Shown here: positions 26,548 to 38,236 of the stretch, in pieces
Numbering within the stretch: position 1 is the first letter of the stretch
Layout: the number at the start of each line of letters is the position of its first letter
Assembly: GCF_006345805.1 (NCBI RefSeq)
Contig: NC_043010.1
Location: 61,504,001 to 61,568,000 of the forward strand
Direction of reading: 5' to 3'
Source of the DNA: Octopus sinensis
Lineage: Eukaryota
Length of the DNA stretch: 64,000 nucleotides
The notes under the pieces: model-generated
Database searches by the model: none
The model's input: the letters and a program-made list of their open reading frames with translations, nothing else
What the model was told of the DNA's origin: nothing
Program-made: the position numbers and the translations under genes

Positions 26548-26957
26548 TCTTACTCTTTTTCTCTTTTTACTTGTTTCAGTCATTTGACTGCGGCCATGCT
26601 GGAGCATCGCCTTTAGTCGAGCAATTTGACCCCGGGACTTATTCTTTTGTAAGCCCAGTACTTATTCTATCGGTCTCTTTTGCCGAACCGCTAAGTGACG
26701 GGGACGTAAACACACCAGCATCGGTTGTCAAGCAATGCTAGAGGAACAGACACAGACACAGAAACACATACACACATATATATATGCATATATACGACAG
26801 GCTTCTTTCAGTTTCCATCTACCAAATCCACTCACAAAGCATTGGTCGGCCCGGGGCTATAGCAGAAGACACTTGCCCAAGATGCCACGCAGTGGGACTG
26901 AACCCGGAACCATGTGGTTGGTTAGCAAGCTACTTACCACACAGCCACTCTTGCGCC
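26548..26957 (-). mobile_element. SINE family A, full length
   Basis: Consensus match. Confidence 0.9.
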
Positions 26958-27129
26958 AATAGTTTCATTTTACAGGAAAACACTTTCACTTTCTCACTCA
27001 AAAACCACCTACTTTTGACAAAGCAAGTATTTCTCGCTTTCATGGGGCCTCGGAAACGAAGAAGAACAGAAATGTCTTATTCTCAGCAATTCTAACTTAA
27101 TATGTCGACAAACTGTTTTTTAAAACAAA

Positions 27130-27290
27130 GAGTTCAAATTCCGCCGAGGTCGACTTTGCCTTTCATCCTTTCGGGGTCGATGAATTAAGTACCAGTTACG
27201 CACTGGCGCCGATGTAATCGACTTAATACCTATGTCTGTCCTTGTTTGTCCCCTCTATGTTTAGCCCCTTGTGTGTAATAAAGAAATGGG
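27130..27290 (+). mobile_element. SINE family B, 5' truncated
   Basis: gagttcaaattccgccgaggtcgactttgcc... Confidence 0.85.
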
Positions 27291-27411
27291 TATTAAGAAA
27301 TAACGAGTTGACAAATGATGCTTGTAAACACAGCTACGTCTGCAACAAATATTAAACGATTAAAAGCAGCCATCGGTTGCGAACGAGAATAGATTGGTTA
27401 GCATTTATCGA

Positions 27412-27618
27412 CGAAGGTAGAGAATACGCACATCCAGTGTTTAGGGGTTTAGGTGTTAGGGTTAGGGTTACGCGGAAAACCGGTGGCGCGCGTATTCTTT
27501 ACCTCCCTCCGCCATGCATACATATATATAGGGCGAAGGTAAAGAATACTTACACCACCGGTTTTCGGCGTAACAAAAACCCTAACCCTAACCACCGGGT
27601 GTACGTATTCTTTACCTT
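27412..27618. mobile_element. Inverted pair of about 90-bp TIR elements with internal TTAGGG repeats
   Basis: Each unit bounded by AGGTA(A/G)AGAATAC...GTATTCTTTACCT; unit 1 has TTAGGGTTAGGG, unit 2 has CCCTAACCCTAA. Confidence 0.6.
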
Positions 27619-27921
27619 ATAGAAGACTATACACATGTATCTAGTTAGCTTCTATATTCTAATGAGCCGGGGTAAAGAAACCGGCTTCTTCTCTAGTGAG
27701 AAATTCGAGTGGTATAACCAGAACTTTCACACACACACACACACACACACACCACATACATACATACATACATATATGCATACATACATACATACATACA
27801 TACATACATACATACATACATACATACATACATACATACATACATACATACATACATGCATGCATACATACATACCGGTACATATAGACAAATAGTTTTT
27901 ATATATATATGTGTGTGTGTG

Positions 27922-27959
<38 letters not shown>

Positions 27960-28046
27960 GGTATGTAGAAAAATACAACATGGACAAGAACGTATAACTC
28001 TAGAAGACGACACAGTATACACACACACACATATATATATAAAAAC

Positions 28047-28084
<38 letters not shown>

Positions 28085-28898
28085 TATATATACAGACGCA
28101 TACACAAATGCATACATACATACATGAATACCTATATTGCTTACATAGCGACGTTGCTCTAGCATGGCCTTGGCCTTGGTGGCTAAACTTACAGAAGGCT
28201 ATTAATACATACAAGATGCATGTCAAAATAAATCTGTACCTACGTACATATAAAAACATAACCCCCCCTCTCTCTCTCTCATATTTTCTTAACTCTCTTG
28301 CCCCCCTCCCTCTATTTTTTACTCTTTCGTTCCCCCCTCCCTCTGCTTAGCTTTCTCTTTTCATTTCTGCATTTCACTCAATATCTTCTAGTCTGTCATT
28401 TTTTCTTCTACTTTCTCTTCTTCACCATTCTTTCATTCTTTTCTTCTTCCTCATATTCTATTCATATCTTAACCTTTTCACCACTTCGCGTTCGCTTATT
28501 TCCATTTCTCCTTGAACCCCCCCCCCCACACACACACACACTAGTCTCTCTCTTTCTCTCTTTCGCTTTCTCTCTCTCATACACACACTTTAATTCATTA
28601 CTCCCCCCTTTCTCTCTCCTTTCTTCCTCTTGGCTTTCCTTTCACTATTTCTCTCCTCATCCTTTTCCCCAACCTCCCTCCACTTCATAATCCTATGCCA
28701 CATATCCTCCTCCTTCTCTATCCTTTTCCCATCTCTCATTCGTGTACAGCTAATTCTCTCTACTTATCACCATTCTCGTCTCGCCTCCTCCTCCTCTCCC
28801 CCCTCTCTCTCTCCATCAATACCTATCATACCTTCTGTGTGTCGAGTTCATTGTTCGACCGGCAATCCAGCTATGGCCTTCCTATATTTTTTCCTTAC

Positions 28899-29001
28899 CT
28901 ATTATACCCAAAACTATTTCATCCAGTTTATCCATCAGTTTCCACAAGGGAGATCTTCCTGCTGTATCCAGACGATCGATCAGCCGCAGTGAAGCCTCCA
29001 T
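28899..29001 (-). CDS. Candidate first coding exon MEASLRLIDRLDTAGRSPLWKLMDKLDEIVLGII(x), product unknown
   Basis: gtgATGG start, 34 open codons, phase-1 donor AG|GTAAGG, in unique sequence; no recognisable homology. Confidence 0.25.
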
Positions 29002-29278
29002 CACACACCCTAAACGTCTACCCTGCCACTTCTCTCTCTTTATTTCTTATCTGATACGTTCTGCTATTGCACAATATTGTTCTTTATGACTCTCTCCCCT
29101 TTCTGCCTGTCTTTGATCTTTCACTCGTTATCTAACTCCTTCCTTCGTGCAGCTGAAATTCCGCCATCCCCATTTATGCAGTGACATGCACAGGAAAAAA
29201 AAACAGGCACCACACATATTAGATGATAGACAGTGTGTATATGTGTGTGTGTGTGTGTATGTGTGTGTGTGTGTGTGT

Positions 29279-29760
29279 GGAAGCGCAATGGCCTAGTGGT
29301 TAGGGCAGCGGACACGCGGTCGGAGGATCGCGGTTTCGATTCCCAGACCGGGCGTTGTGTGTGTTTATTGAGCGAAATCACCCTAAAGCTCCACGAACAT
29401 TTAGCTGAATATTTATTGGCACATGGCTCAGTGGTTAGAACGTCGGGATCACAATCATGAGGTAGTGAGTTCGATTACTGGACTGGGTTCTGTGTTGTGT
29501 TCTGGGGCAAGACACTTTATTTCATGTTGCTCCAGTTCACTCAACTGTAGAAATGAGCTGCGACGTTACTGGTGCCAAGCTGTATCGGCCCCTTTGCATT
29601 TCCTTTGGATAACATCGGTGGCGCAGAGAGGGGAAGTTGGTATGCATGGGCAACTGCTGGTCTTCCATAAAACAACCCAGCCCGGACTTGTACCTCAGAG
29701 GGGAACTTTCTCAGTGTAATCCCATGGTCATTCATGACAGAAGGTGGCCTGTACCCTTTA
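29279..29760 (+). mobile_element. Family C SINE head (29279-29395) followed by a family D SINE (29418-29760)
   Basis: Two successive tRNA-like heads with A/B boxes. Confidence 0.75.
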
Positions 29761-29994
29761 TTGCCGGACATGAATATATTTGGTGAAAGCTATTTAAGAT
29801 CTTTTCACTTTGACCGGCAGATTTTAAAAAATAATTTCTTTCTAACTAAACCCTTTTAAACTTCGTATACTGGTAGAATGTGTTACATAAAACATCTTTT
29901 TCTCTTGACTTTCTTGAGAAAATTCTGTAGTTTGTAAGCTATTTGTTGTTTAATTTCTTGCCTTTCGGCAATTTCAACCAATCAAGATCCGCTA

Positions 29995-30347
29995 TTTACA
30001 ATGAACAATGTTAATTATAATGGACCAACTGCTGACTGGGATAGAGAAAAACCACACCACATTCACAGAAGTTGCTTTTGGGACATTTTGTGAATGTTCA
30101 GAATAAATCTGTTCGAGAACCTGGAGTTGTCTATGAATATGTCCAGAACTGTTTTCTTGGCAAGAATGGAGACGCATGTTGCTCAGCCAATTTTTATAAG
30201 GGACCAAAATAACATCTGAGAAAACTGTATCACGCCTCAGCTCCACCACTGACTGGTCGCTTAATAAACCGATCACGTAAAACTATGGTGGCCCATTCGC
30301 AGTGATCGACCGAGCATCCAGCGGGAAGATTTCCAATCACTGCTACA

Positions 30348-30395
<48 letters not shown>

Positions 30396-30640
30396 TATAT
30401 ATATACTATTGGATTTTACTCACAAGGTATTTTATTGTATCGACCGTGTGATGTGCAAAGGAGCCATTCTCGTCACCTCACTTCGCACAGTCGTTTACAT
30501 AGTTTTTTTGTGGTGAGCCATCCTTACGCTTCAATGGGATGTTACCACATTTCTGGAGACCGTATGCTTCCATCTTTGTGAGAAGGCAAGAACATGAATT
30601 TCGTCTGCTTCTAGATCCCACCATTCGTCTTTCAATATCC
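29995..30640 (-). pseudogene. Decayed RTE (BovB-like) ORF fragment
   Basis: RILKDEWWDLEADEIH and YGLQKCGNIPLKRKDGS match the RTE pre-RT region; the part below 30330 is less certain. Confidence 0.55.
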
Positions 30641-30643
30641 TTA

Positions 30644-30878
30644 GGGTGGTGAGCTGGCAGAACCGTTAGCACGCCGGGCGAAATGCTTAGCGGTATTTCG
30701 TCTGCCGCTACGTTCTGAGTTCAAATTCCGCCGAGGTCGACTTTGCCTTTCATCCTTTCGGGGGTCGATTAAATATGTACCAGTTAAGCACTGGGGTCGA
30801 TATAATCGACTTAATCCCTTTGTTTGTCCTCTCTGTGTTTAGCCCCTTGTGGGTAGTAAAGAAATAGGTATTTCGTCT
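30644..30878 (+). mobile_element. SINE family B, full length
   Basis: Consensus match. Confidence 0.9.
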
Positions 30879-30950
30879 GCGATCTCTGTATTTAGCCGGT
30901 GGGGGAGGGCGGTTTCGATAAACATTTGAAACGATTTTGAGCATTAACAC

Positions 30951-31410
30951 TCATCATCACCATCATCGTCGTTTAACGTCCGTTTTCCATGCTGGCATGT
31001 GTTGGACGGTTCGACTGGGGTCTGGGAAGCCAAGGAGACTGCACCAGGCCCCGATCTGATCTGGCAGTGTTTCTACAGCTGGATGCCCTTCTTAACGCCA
31101 ACCAGTCCAAGAGTGTAGCGGGTGCTTTTTACGTTCCACCGGCATAGAAGCCACGTTCAGATGGTGCTTTTTACGTGCCACCGGCACGGGGCTCACAACT
31201 ACAATTTCCATTTGATTTAATTTTGATATTGTTGTTGATGTTGATATATATGACTCAATAGGTCTCCTCAAGCACAGCATGTCACCCTACAATCTAAGGT
31301 ACTTTTGAGTGAGCAGGTTATATGACACTGGTGTAGGTTATAGCTGTGGACTCACATTATTTGCCGGGTCTTCTCAGTCACAGCATACCTCCAGAAGTCT
31401 TGGTCTCTAC
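30951..31410 (-). mobile_element. RTE LINE 3' end
   Basis: (CAT)n plus 3' UTR plus ORF-end motif ttgccgggtcttctc. Confidence 0.85.
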
Positions 31411-32405
31411 TTTTTAATTTCATTATTTTTCTAATCATCGATTCGATGAAAGTGTCAAAATGGCACAAAGCAACTGACGACCTATACTTTAAACTGACCT
31501 AAATTGATCGGTCTAATCTAGGTCAAAACCATTGGAGGTTATGAGCCCCCTATTATGATGTTATTATTCCTTACCCTTTCAAATTGTGGTTGTTCCTTGC
31601 CTCTTCCACCACCATCCACCGTTCTGATCGTCTGCTTCCCCTTCCATATTCGTCGCCCTTTGTAGAAAACAATCACAGTGTCTCTCATATTACAATAGAT
31701 GTTGTTCTTGTTTAGTTGCAGGACATATGATGAAAGACGTTCCCCCTATGACCATCCAGTCTTTTTATACATCTCAAACTAGTTCAGAGGCGATGGCAAT
31801 GATGGTCGCAATATTGTTACTGTTATTGTTATTGGGAACGATAATGGTGGTTGTAGTGGCGGCGGCGGCGGTTACGATAGTGGTGGTGGTGATGGTGGTG
31901 GTGGAGGTAAATGTTTCCACATTTCACCTCACCAAGATATTCTGACATTTATTTCGTCTTTGACCAACTTTGTTATTGTTTAATGGTGAATACGACTATC
32001 ATGGCGATGATGGCGACGACGTTGTTTACAACCTCCATTGCAAAAAAGAAATCTTTATTGCAGCTAATTGTATTTTGCAATACTTCATTGCAGCTGTTGT
32101 TGTTGTTGTTGTTGTTGTTGTTGGTATTGTGTTTCTTGTTCTTGTTGAAGCAACTGTAACAAACAATCGCAATAGTGTAACAGGTTACGTAGCTGCTACT
32201 GCTGTTGTCGTCATCATCATCAGCAGCAGTAGCAGTAGCAGTAGTAGTAGTAGTAGTAGTGGTGGTGGTGGTGGTGGTGTGGTGGTGGTGGTGGTGTGGT
32301 GGTGGTGGATGTGGTCGGGAATGACGGCAAAAACAGTTTGATTACGTAAAATGTTTATCAAATGTAAAAAAAAAAAATTCGGTAGGGTGAGAGAGATAGA
32401 CAGAT

Positions 32406-32486
<81 letters not shown>

Positions 32487-32509
32487 TAGAGGGGGAGAGG
32501 GAGTGTTAT

Positions 32510-33440
32510 ATACGGGATGAAAGGGTTATTTAAGGATGGTTGTCAATGTATTACTCTCTTCAAACCAATTGAAAGGTTTCAATTTCTTTCAGATCCCCCA
32601 TGGCAGATAAAATATTAACACAAGAAGTCAAAACAGATGCAGTCATCGTAGCCACATGGGCAGAATGCAGCGATTTAGAAATTGCCAATTTTCTAGATGC
32701 TGCAAGATCTTTTGTCACCAAAGTTCAGATGGAATTGGTAGCCTCTAATAGAAATATTCCAATCAGGGGTGGACTAAGAGTATTAAGGGCCCTCGGGCAT
32801 AACTGTTTACTGGGCCCCCTTTGAATGTCTGTTTTACTAGAGTTAGCATGTTGAGTGAGGGCCTCTCAGAGCTCTGGGCCCTCGGGCGGTGCCTGATTGT
32901 CCAATGGCTCAGTCCACCCCTGGTTCCAACTGTATCAAAGACAGAAAACATCTTAAATGCTTGGATGCTATAAGGACACTGCAGTCCATCCAATGGACTC
33001 AAAACATTATCAACGATGGACTTGGAAAATTAGTGAGGACCATCACCAATGAACTTCAGGTATCAAAATTCTGGTGCATGAGGACATTTGATACAATTCC
33101 TGTCTGCAAAATCACAGGAAATCTGTTTAATCTGTGCCAAGTGGTTACTCAACAGGGTTAAAATCTCTTATGAACATGGCTCACTTTGGCTCTTCTATGA
33201 TGAGAAAAACTTCAACCAAGACCAGAGGTCAAAGAGGAGAAATGAGAGATGGTAAAGTACAACTGTTTCCGATGCCTCCAGAGTGATGCACACAACGTTT
33301 CCAGTAACTGTGATGGTTTTAGGAGATGTTAGGAATGAAGGTCATGTTGTGCCACCTCACTTCTTTCTAAGAATCTTAGAATTTATGCTGCTGAATACAC
33401 TGAAGTGCTGCAGTCAGTTGTTAAGCTCTGAATGGAAGAA
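32510..33440 (+). pseudogene. Tc1/mariner superfamily (maT/DD37D-like) transposase remnant
   Basis: N-terminal SDLEIANFLDAARSFVTKV; FYDEKNFNQDQ..RRNERW; VMHTTFPVTVMVLGDVRNEGHVVPPHF. Confidence 0.75.
32764..32922. mobile_element. hAT-type MITE inserted in the transposase remnant
   Basis: 12-bp TIR CAGGGGTGGACT/AGTCCACCCCTG; degenerate 8-bp TSD attccaat/gttccaac. Confidence 0.8.
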
Positions 33441-34823
33441 TTAGGCCAATAGACCTTGGTTAATTTGCTTTTATTTACTATTTTTATATTTCACATAAAA
33501 TGTAGAAAAACCTGAGTTAAATTTAGTCAAAAGCTGAGTCTGTGGACCTAAGGCTCCAGGGAACCTCAGGCAAAGGTGAATAATATTTTTGACACAGTTA
33601 AAGACATTTTGAGTAGAGACCTTGCATTAGCGAAGCCTCTGTCACTGACTATTCTGTATGTCTTCCCCTTGTATTTCTGTACCACATTTACTGGTAACAA
33701 TCTATGTTCAGTCATGTCTTCTATCGGAAATTGAAAGATTGAGAAGTTTTTAGAAACATCTCTATCCCTGCTGTAATCCCTTAATCACTCACATAGCTAG
33801 CATTAGGAAGGGCATTGTGGTATTAGGAAGGGCATCCAGCTGTAGAAGCTCTGCCAGATCAAGCCTGGAGCCTGGTGTAGCCATCTGGTTCACCAGCCCT
33901 CAGTCAAACCGTCCAACCCATGCTAGCATGGAAAGCGGATGTTAAATGATGATGATGATGATGATAGAATTGATGTGGAACACAGGAAAATAATGCAGCA
34001 ACATCTCATTGCAAACTTTGAAAGGAAACAATGGCATGAGATTTCACAGAATTAAATCTCTGTATGTATTTCGAATACCAGCCTCTTACAGTACAAAGAC
34101 CTGATGTGTATTTGCAAGGAAGGTTATTTCAGTAGCCTAAATTAGTCTCCAAATGATCTTGTTTATTCTGTTCAAGAACTTTACGAATGTTCATTATAAC
34201 GTTACATTCTTGTCAGTGTTCCAGATTATGGAGTTGCAGATTATTAACACTTTCTCATGAGTTCATGCTTTGAGCGTGAGTTATCTGGATGTATGAAAGA
34301 TTTCTTGTATTTTTTTCTCATTGTTGATGGATAAAAGCCAGTGAGCAGTTGAAGACCAGAGCTGTGTTGTATAACCTGCTTATGATAAGCGTGCATTTAC
34401 ATCAGAGTTAGGTTTCTTTAAGAGGAATTTCTCACTGTATATTCAGTGGGTTCCTGGCAGGTTATTGATAATCTTTAAGCATAACAGGAACAGAATGTGT
34501 CTGCTGGGATCAGATTGCAGAAATAATCAGGGGTTTTAGATTAGTTCCTTGTTTGGAGTAAGGTAAATTATTTTATGAAGGATTCTTTGTGAGTAGTAGG
34601 AAGGGATGGAATTTTGAGGAATTGAAGGAATTGGTGTTGATAAGACTTTTCAAGAATGTAGATACCTTGATTTGTTTTCATTTTGAACAATATTTTGTTA
34701 TCAGCCGCATAACCGTTGGATATGGCAAATAACACAAGTGGGATGACTGGATTTATTGAAAATGTCCAAACTTCCTCCAATACCAACACCATTAAAATGT
34801 TTTATTCTTTGATAAATATGCAT

Positions 34824-35056
34824 TTAACCTTTTGGCATTCAGATTGTTCTGTCAAATGCAAAACTTGGTTATTTGTTCACATTATTTTGAATTAATCAGG
34901 CAAAATCTTGTGGCTTCAAGACTTCAATGACCTGACTGTTTATATTTGGCATGACATTGTAAGGTAGGTGTGAGAGGTTGGATCTAGTCAGTTTGATCAT
35001 AAAAGAGGGAGAATGTTAGGGCCTGATATGGTCAGTTTAAATATTAAAAGGGTTAA
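34824..35056 (+). mobile_element. piggyBac-type MITE (TTAA ends); relatives at 42288-42509 and about 54150-54295
   Basis: TTAA|CCTTTTGGCATT...AATATTAAAAGGG|TTAA. Confidence 0.7.
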
Positions 35057-35059
35057 ATC

Positions 35060-35171
<112 letters not shown>

Positions 35172-36777
35172 GCATGACTACCACTACAATTGCCACTGCT
35201 GTTCACATCACCACTGCCATCCAGTACCACCACCACCACCACCACCACCACCACATCATCATCATCATCATTCAGTGTCCATTTTCCATGCTGACATGGT
35301 GTGGATGATTTGACAGGATCCAACGGGTCAGAAGAACATGTCTTGCTCCAGTGTCTTGGCTTTAGTTGCTGGGTGTCCTTCCAATCACCAAACCCTTTAC
35401 AAAGTGATCCAGGTGAACTTTTTCATGGCACCAGCACTACAGAGGTCGTCTCATCCTTAGCAAGACCAAAGAACCTGCTCAAGCTTTGTGGTGTCACTGC
35501 ACAATTTAATTTACCGACCACTTACAGAGTGAGCGTAGAGGGTCACCTTGCAGCTGGCAAGGTGAAAGAGAGACTCCATCACTGAAAGGGCAGATGTTGA
35601 ATTACGACAAACGAAACAGGTTCATGTTTTATTGCTATATTTTTTAGCAATAATTTCATTTGACATTTTGCTATCAAACTGAACACTGTCCCAATCAGTG
35701 ATCCACTGCCTTTCAGAGAAGGGGGTGGGGGTGGAGTGAAGAAACAGCAGAAAGTTCCCTCCTCCTTCTCTCTCCCTGTCGTCTTCTCTATTTCTCTGCA
35801 ATTATTTATCTCTCTGTGATTATCTGTTGTCTTTTGTTAATTCCAGCCGTAGTTTTGACTAAGACCGTAAGATTGTTTCATAGGTTATCAGTTGCGTGTA
35901 TAGATTTCGGTATCAGCAATGAAGGACATCTTTAACAGTGCAGTGCCAACATCATTTGAAGTTCTAATGGTTCATACAGTTCGTAGAAGACAATGACATG
36001 ACTTTTGTAATATAAGTTGTTGATAACAATTATTTTTAACAACCTTTATCAATTTTGGTGGATTGTTAGAGTAGAGGGCAGAAAGTGTGTGATATTTACT
36101 TGGAACCTTTTACATTCTGAGTTCAAATCCTGCTTAGGTTAACTTTGTCTTTCCACCTTTTCAGAACATCATCGTCAGTGGAGGCGCAACGGCCCAATGG
36201 TTAGGGCAGTGGAATTATGGTTGGATATCGCGGTTTCGATTCCCAGACCGGGTGTTGTGTGTGTTTATTGAGCGAAAAACCTAAAGCACCACGAGGCTTC
36301 GGCAGGGGGTGGTGGCGACCCCTGTTGTACTTGTGTATGTGACTTTTGTGTGGAAAAAATGCACCAAATTTTCACTTCTAAATTTACTCTTATAAACACT
36401 AGACAGGAACAGGCTATGAGATATCCACACTGGATTAAATATATATATATTTATATGATTTAAAGAAACATAACTTACCATCTATAGTAATTATACGAGT
36501 TAAAATAATTATTGTGATAATTAATGATATTTATGCAAATAATACTAATAAATATAATTATAATAATAATAACAATAATATTAATTGAGGGTATAAACCC
36601 AAAATAAGTGAAATAGCTCTGAATAAATGTAAACTGTAAACAAAACTGCTACAATTAATCGTAATATAAACAAACATTTTAAAACCCTGATTCAACTGTA
36701 AAACCAAAAGCGGTGATTATAAGACCAAAATTCAATTTGATTTAAAAAGTAATGCTATAATCTTCAGCTGAATACCA

Positions 36778-37383
36778 ACTTCTTACTACCCACAAGAGGC
36801 TAAACACAGAGGGGACAAACAAGGACAGACAAACGGATTAAGTTGATTATATCGACCCCAGTGCATAACTGGGATCACAAACAGGGTGACCAGTCTTAAT
36901 TGAAACGAGCTGAAAGGAAGCTGTGTCTGAAAAATCAAGCGTACATGGCTAACATCGACATTTATTTTACAAAGGAACTGCGGATATTCTTTTCTACTCT
37001 AGGCACAAGGCCCAAAATTTTTGGGGAGGGAGCCAGTCGATTAGATCAACCCCAGTACGCAACTGGTATTTTATTTATCGACCTCGAAAGGATGAAAGGC
37101 AAAGTCGACCTCGGCGGAATTTGAACTCAGAACGTAACGGCAGACGAAATACCTATTTCTTTACTACCCACAAGGAGCTAAATACAGGGGGGACAAACAA
37201 GGACAGACAAATGGATTAAGTCGATTATATCGACCCAGTGCATAACTGGTACTTATTTAATCGACCCCCGAAAGGATGAAAGGCAAAGTCGACCTTGGCG
37301 GAATTTGAACTCAGAACGTAACGGCAGACGAAATACCGCTGAGCATTTCACCCGGTGTGTTAACGTTTCTGCCAGCTCGCCAC
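36778..37383 (-). mobile_element. Composite family B SINE cluster bounded by a single TSD
   Basis: Full unit, second partial unit, 115 bp unrelated DNA and extra tail; cttcagctgaat(a/g)cca at 36762 and 37384. Confidence 0.75.
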
Positions 37384-37528
37384 CTTCAGCTGAATGCCAT
37401 CAAAAGAAACTTGTTTGAATAAGTTCACTTTGAAGACATCATAAGTGGTGGTCCCTCGAGGAAATTGCAGTGACTAGGATGCATAATTGGTTATAGAGCA
37501 ATGTGTAGCTGCTGCAGTAGAAACATAT

Positions 37529-37926
37529 ACTCTTTTACTTTTTTCAGTCATTTGACTGCGGCCATGCTGGAGCACCGCCTTTAGTCGAGCAAATCGACCC
37601 CGGGACTTATTCTTTGTAAGCCCAGTACTTATTCTATCGGTCTCTTTTGCCGAACCGCTAAGTGACGGGGACGTAAACACACCAGCATCGGTTGTCAAGC
37701 AATGCTAGGGGGACAAACACACACACACACAAACACACACACATACACATATATACATATATACGACAGGCTTCTTTCAGTTTCCGTCTACCAAATCCAC
37801 TCACAAGGCATTGGTCGGCCCGGGGCTATAGCAGAAGACACTTGCCCAAGATGCCACGCAGTGGGACTGAACCCGGAACCATGTGGTTGGTAAGCAAGCT
37901 ACTTACCACACAGCCACTCCTGCGTC
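37529..37926 (-). mobile_element. SINE family A, full length
   Basis: Consensus match. Confidence 0.9.
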
Positions 37927-38236
37927 TATGTTGGTCATTGTTATATATGCAGTGGAAAAATTTTTAATAAGAAAATTTTTGGATGTGAATAAATCTCTAC
38001 TCTCCTCTTGGTTTTCAATTGTGTGTGTGTGTGTGCGTGCATACATACATATGCATATGGTAGTCTTCTTTCAGTTTCCGTCCTCTAAATCTCATGAGGC
38101 TTTGGTCACCCCCAGGTTAAAGGTGCTTGTCCATGCCTGTATACGTATGAGATGGAGGTATTTGTTTAGACATTCATATATACAAGTGCATCATTATATA
38201 TACATTCATATATGCACGTGCATAATTATATATACA

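Noticed and set aside
27449-27592. Telomere or chromosome-fusion relic
   Set aside because: Only 2-3 hexamers, embedded within small TIR units.
29279-29490. tRNA genes
   Set aside because: A/B boxes are present but acceptor stems are not, and the sequences continue into SINE bodies; the same holds for all other tRNA-like heads here.
31727-32341. ORFs with poly-L/V/S/G runs suggesting a membrane or secreted protein
   Set aside because: Produced by (GTT)n, (AGT)n and (GGT)n triplet tracts; no consistent frame or splice support.
34200-34790. Possible CR1/L2-like RT remnant on the minus strand (GYAADNKILF)
   Set aside because: Motif too degenerate to call with confidence by eye.
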